DNA of 64,000 nt, taken from NCBI RefSeq assembly GCF_048262075.1, contig NZ_JBLXFK010000011.1, positions 55,920-119,919 of the forward strand, read 5' to 3'. This DNA is from Gimesia sp. Its GTDB lineage: Bacteria; Planctomycetota; Planctomycetia; Planctomycetales; Planctomycetaceae. Positions 61,791 through 64,000 of the stretch are shown here, piece by piece. The stretch's first letter is position 1. Each line of letters starts with the position of its first letter. The notes under the pieces were generated by a model. That model was given only the letters and a program-made list of their open reading frames with translations. It did no database searches and was not told the DNA's origin. A program made the position numbers and the translations under genes.

Positions 61791-63075
61791 GTGGTTTCTC
61801 AAAACAGGCCTGAAGAATAGATATCTCTATGATCTTGCCAAGCAGGTTCACCAGGAATCGTCTACCCGGGTGAGTCTGAATCAGGATATCCAGATTCCCG
61901 AAATTACACCGTTTGAATTTCAATCGAGTAAGTTAAAGGGAAAACGAATCAACTTACTGGTACCCGCGCTCTCCGAAAAGCATATTTTCGGCGGGATCGC
62001 GACGGCCCTGCGCCTGTTTCGAGAAATGATCAAAGCGTTTCCTTCTGTCAGAATCATCGTTACAGACGAAGCCTCAGTCATACTGCCTGAAAATGAATTC
62101 TTTTCAGACTGGACTGTGAAAGAAGTCGATACGGAAGATTCAGAAGGAAACTCAATTGTCGTCTCTGGGAATCGCTACGGAAAAACGCTTCCGATTCGCG
62201 AAGAAGATTACTTTGTGGCTACTGCCTGGTGGACTGCCTTCAATGCGTTCAGAGCGATGGAGTGGCAACAGGAAGCATATTCGACACCAAAACGAAAAAT
62301 GACTTATCTTGTTCAGGACTTCGAACCAGGATTTTATCCCTGGTCGACAAGATTTGCTCTCGCCGATTCCACTTATCGCCATCCGGAACTGACAATTCCG
62401 GTTTTCAATACAGGGCTACTGTTCGACTTTTTTAAACAGCAGAATTATCAATTTGAGCAGGCCTATTACTTTGAGCCCAAGTTTAACCCGGTTCTCAATG
62501 ACTGGAGAGGGAAAAAAGGGGATGCGGCCAAGAAGAAACAAATTCTGGTGTATGGAAGACCCAGTGTTGAACGTAATCTGTTTCCCCTGATTGTGCAGAC
62601 GATTGCAATCTGGAGTCAAAAATACAGCAACGCAGCCGAGTGGGAAGTGATTTCCGCGGGGGAATGCCACGATGACATTCCTGTGAATGCGACAACAGTA
62701 CTTAAGTCGGTGGGAAAAGTTTCTTTAGAAGAGTATGCCACTATTTTATCGGAAACTTCCATTGGTGTTTCCCTGATGCTTTCTCCCCACCCGAGTTACC
62801 CACCTCTAGAAATGGCCATGTATGGTGTGAAGGTGGTTACCAATAAATATGCCAATAAAGACCTGTCACAGCTCAGCCCACTGATCAAATCCGTTGATTC
62901 ACTGGATCCGAATGTGCTGGCTGATCAACTGATCGAACTTTGTGAATGCCGATCGACTGAAATCAAGACAGGTCTTGAGTTAAAAGATGCCTGCGATGAG
63001 CGATGTGAATCATTATTTAATCAGGGAACCGGTCCCGAGTTCGAATTTGTTCACGAACTGATTCAGCAAATGTAA
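61783..63075 (+). CDS. WsaF-like GT-B (GT4) glycosyltransferase, probable rhamnosyltransferase
   Basis: RINLLVP, FGGIATAL, ATAWWTA, QDFEPGFY, YGRPSVERN, SPHPSYPPLEMA match recalled Geobacillus WsaF motifs. Confidence 0.8.
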   Translation: MLKWFLKTGLKNRYLYDLAKQVHQESSTRVSLNQDIQIPEITPFEFQSSKLKGKRINLLVPALSEKHIFGGIATALRLFREMIKAFPSVRIIVTDEASVILPENEFFSDWTVKEVDTEDSEGNSIVVSGNRYGKTLPIREEDYFVATAWWTAFNAFRAMEWQQEAYSTPKRKMTYLVQDFEPGFYPWSTRFALADSTYRHPELTIPVFNTGLLFDFFKQQNYQFEQAYYFEPKFNPVLNDWRGKKGDAAKKKQILVYGRPSVERNLFPLIVQTIAIWSQKYSNAAEWEVISAGECHDDIPVNATTVLKSVGKVSLEEYATILSETSIGVSLMLSPHPSYPPLEMAMYGVKVVTNKYANKDLSQLSPLIKSVDSLDPNVLADQLIELCECRSTEIKTGLELKDACDERCESLFNQGTGPEFEFVHELIQQM

Positions 63076-63155
63076 AAATCAACGGGAAGTGAATTGAGCC
63101 GACTGGAAATGAAGTGCTCAATCATTAGCCTGTATCAATTATCGATCGATTACTT

Positions 63156-64000
63156 ATGGCATCGAAATTCGACTCATCTGATTCTGTGGTTTCTATCGTA
63201 GTGACCTACTTTCCCGATCCGGGGGGATTGAAAAATCTGTTAGCAGAATTGAGCCATCAAACAGATACCGTCATTACTGTAGATAACAGCAATGACCAGA
63301 ACACACTGGCCATGATATCTGAGTGTATTCCTGAGAATGGTATATTAATCGATCAGAAAGAAAACTCTGGTATCGCTGCTGCAATTAATTGCGGAATCAG
63401 GCAGGCGCAAAAGCAGAACGCCGGCTATGTCGTGTTGTTTGATCAGGACAGTCTGCCCGGCCCGGGGATGATCCAGACCCTGCATTCTGAATTACAGAGA
63501 CATGCTCAATCGGGTGATAAAATTGCCGCCGTCGGACCGAAATATAATGATATTAAAGGCGAGCTCAAATCGCCTTTTGTCCGACTGGATGGCAGAAAAC
63601 TGTTAAGGGTAGATTGTGCAGAAGATGAAGTCGTCCAGGTGGATCATCTCATTTCCTCGGGTTGCTTAATTTCGATGGCTGCTTTGCAGGACATCGGCGA
63701 GATGGAAGAAGAACTGTTTATCGATTATGTTGACACAGAGTGGTGTTTAAGAGCGATTAACAAAGGTTACTTGCTGTATGGTGTCGGGGCGGCTCAGATG
63801 CAACACAGCCTGGGCGATCAATTGACAACATTGTTCGGGCGATCTCATCCAGTACGTGGTTCACTGCGATATTACTATCTGATTCGAAATGGGATCTGGG
63901 TTTTACGTCGCCCCTGGATTTCACAATCCTGGCGAATTATGGATCGACGGCGATTGTTGCTTATCTATATCGGTTGTTCATTATTTCTCGGAACTCGATT
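63156..64000 (+). CDS. GT2 rhamnosyltransferase, RfbF/RhlC-like (truncated by window edge)
   Basis: Not in the ORF track. Manual translation from ATG 63156: IVVTYFPD, VDNS, NSGIAAAINCG, LFDQDS, LISSGCLI, LFIDYVDTEWCLRA; open to the window end. Confidence 0.85.
   Translation, partial: MASKFDSSDSVVSIVVTYFPDPGGLKNLLAELSHQTDTVITVDNSNDQNTLAMISECIPENGILIDQKENSGIAAAINCGIRQAQKQNAGYVVLFDQDSLPGPGMIQTLHSELQRHAQSGDKIAAVGPKYNDIKGELKSPFVRLDGRKLLRVDCAEDEVVQVDHLISSGCLISMAALQDIGEMEEELFIDYVDTEWCLRAINKGYLLYGVGAAQMQHSLGDQLTTLFGRSHPVRGSLRYYYLIRNGIWVLRRPWISQSWRIMDRRRLLLIYIGCSLFLGTR

Overview
A 64-kb bacterial chromosomal window. Gene content (fused double UvrA, Tat-signal Gfo/Idh/MocA enzyme, sulfatase, DUF1080/ThuA proteins, MfnE-like C1 gene, Zn-ribbon SpoVG) suggests a planctomycete, probably Gimesia-like; this is inferred and not verified. 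Most of the window is housekeeping: tadA, uppS-cdsA, hisG, cysC, aminotransferase, sppA, uvrA, ispE-spoVG, parA, metXW, pepF, an anti-sigma pair, tRNA-Gln(CTG) and tRNA-Asn(GTT). The standout accessory locus is a minus-strand three-gene cluster (9713-15617) just downstream of tRNA-Gln. It encodes an AioA/IdrA-family molybdoenzyme large subunit, a Tat-exported Rieske small subunit, and one 880-aa five-CXXCH protein made of a class I cytochrome c plus two tandem cytochrome c peroxidase-like modules. This matches the iodate reductase idrABP1P2 gene set, but with P1 and P2 fused and an extra cytochrome c added. Other notable items: a 1625-aa inverse-autotransporter-like protein with a beta-helical passenger; a duplicated unknown domain at the UvrA C-terminus; a shared C-terminal D-T-F-G-x-G-aliphatic motif on two unrelated proteins; a stand-alone ArgZ-like arginine dihydrolase domain; and an AT-rich Wzm/Wzt polysaccharide locus with WsaE/WsaF-like enzymes after tRNA-Asn. 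No CRISPR array, rRNA, integrase or transposase was seen. All family calls come from motif reading and recalled family knowledge; no database searches were run.
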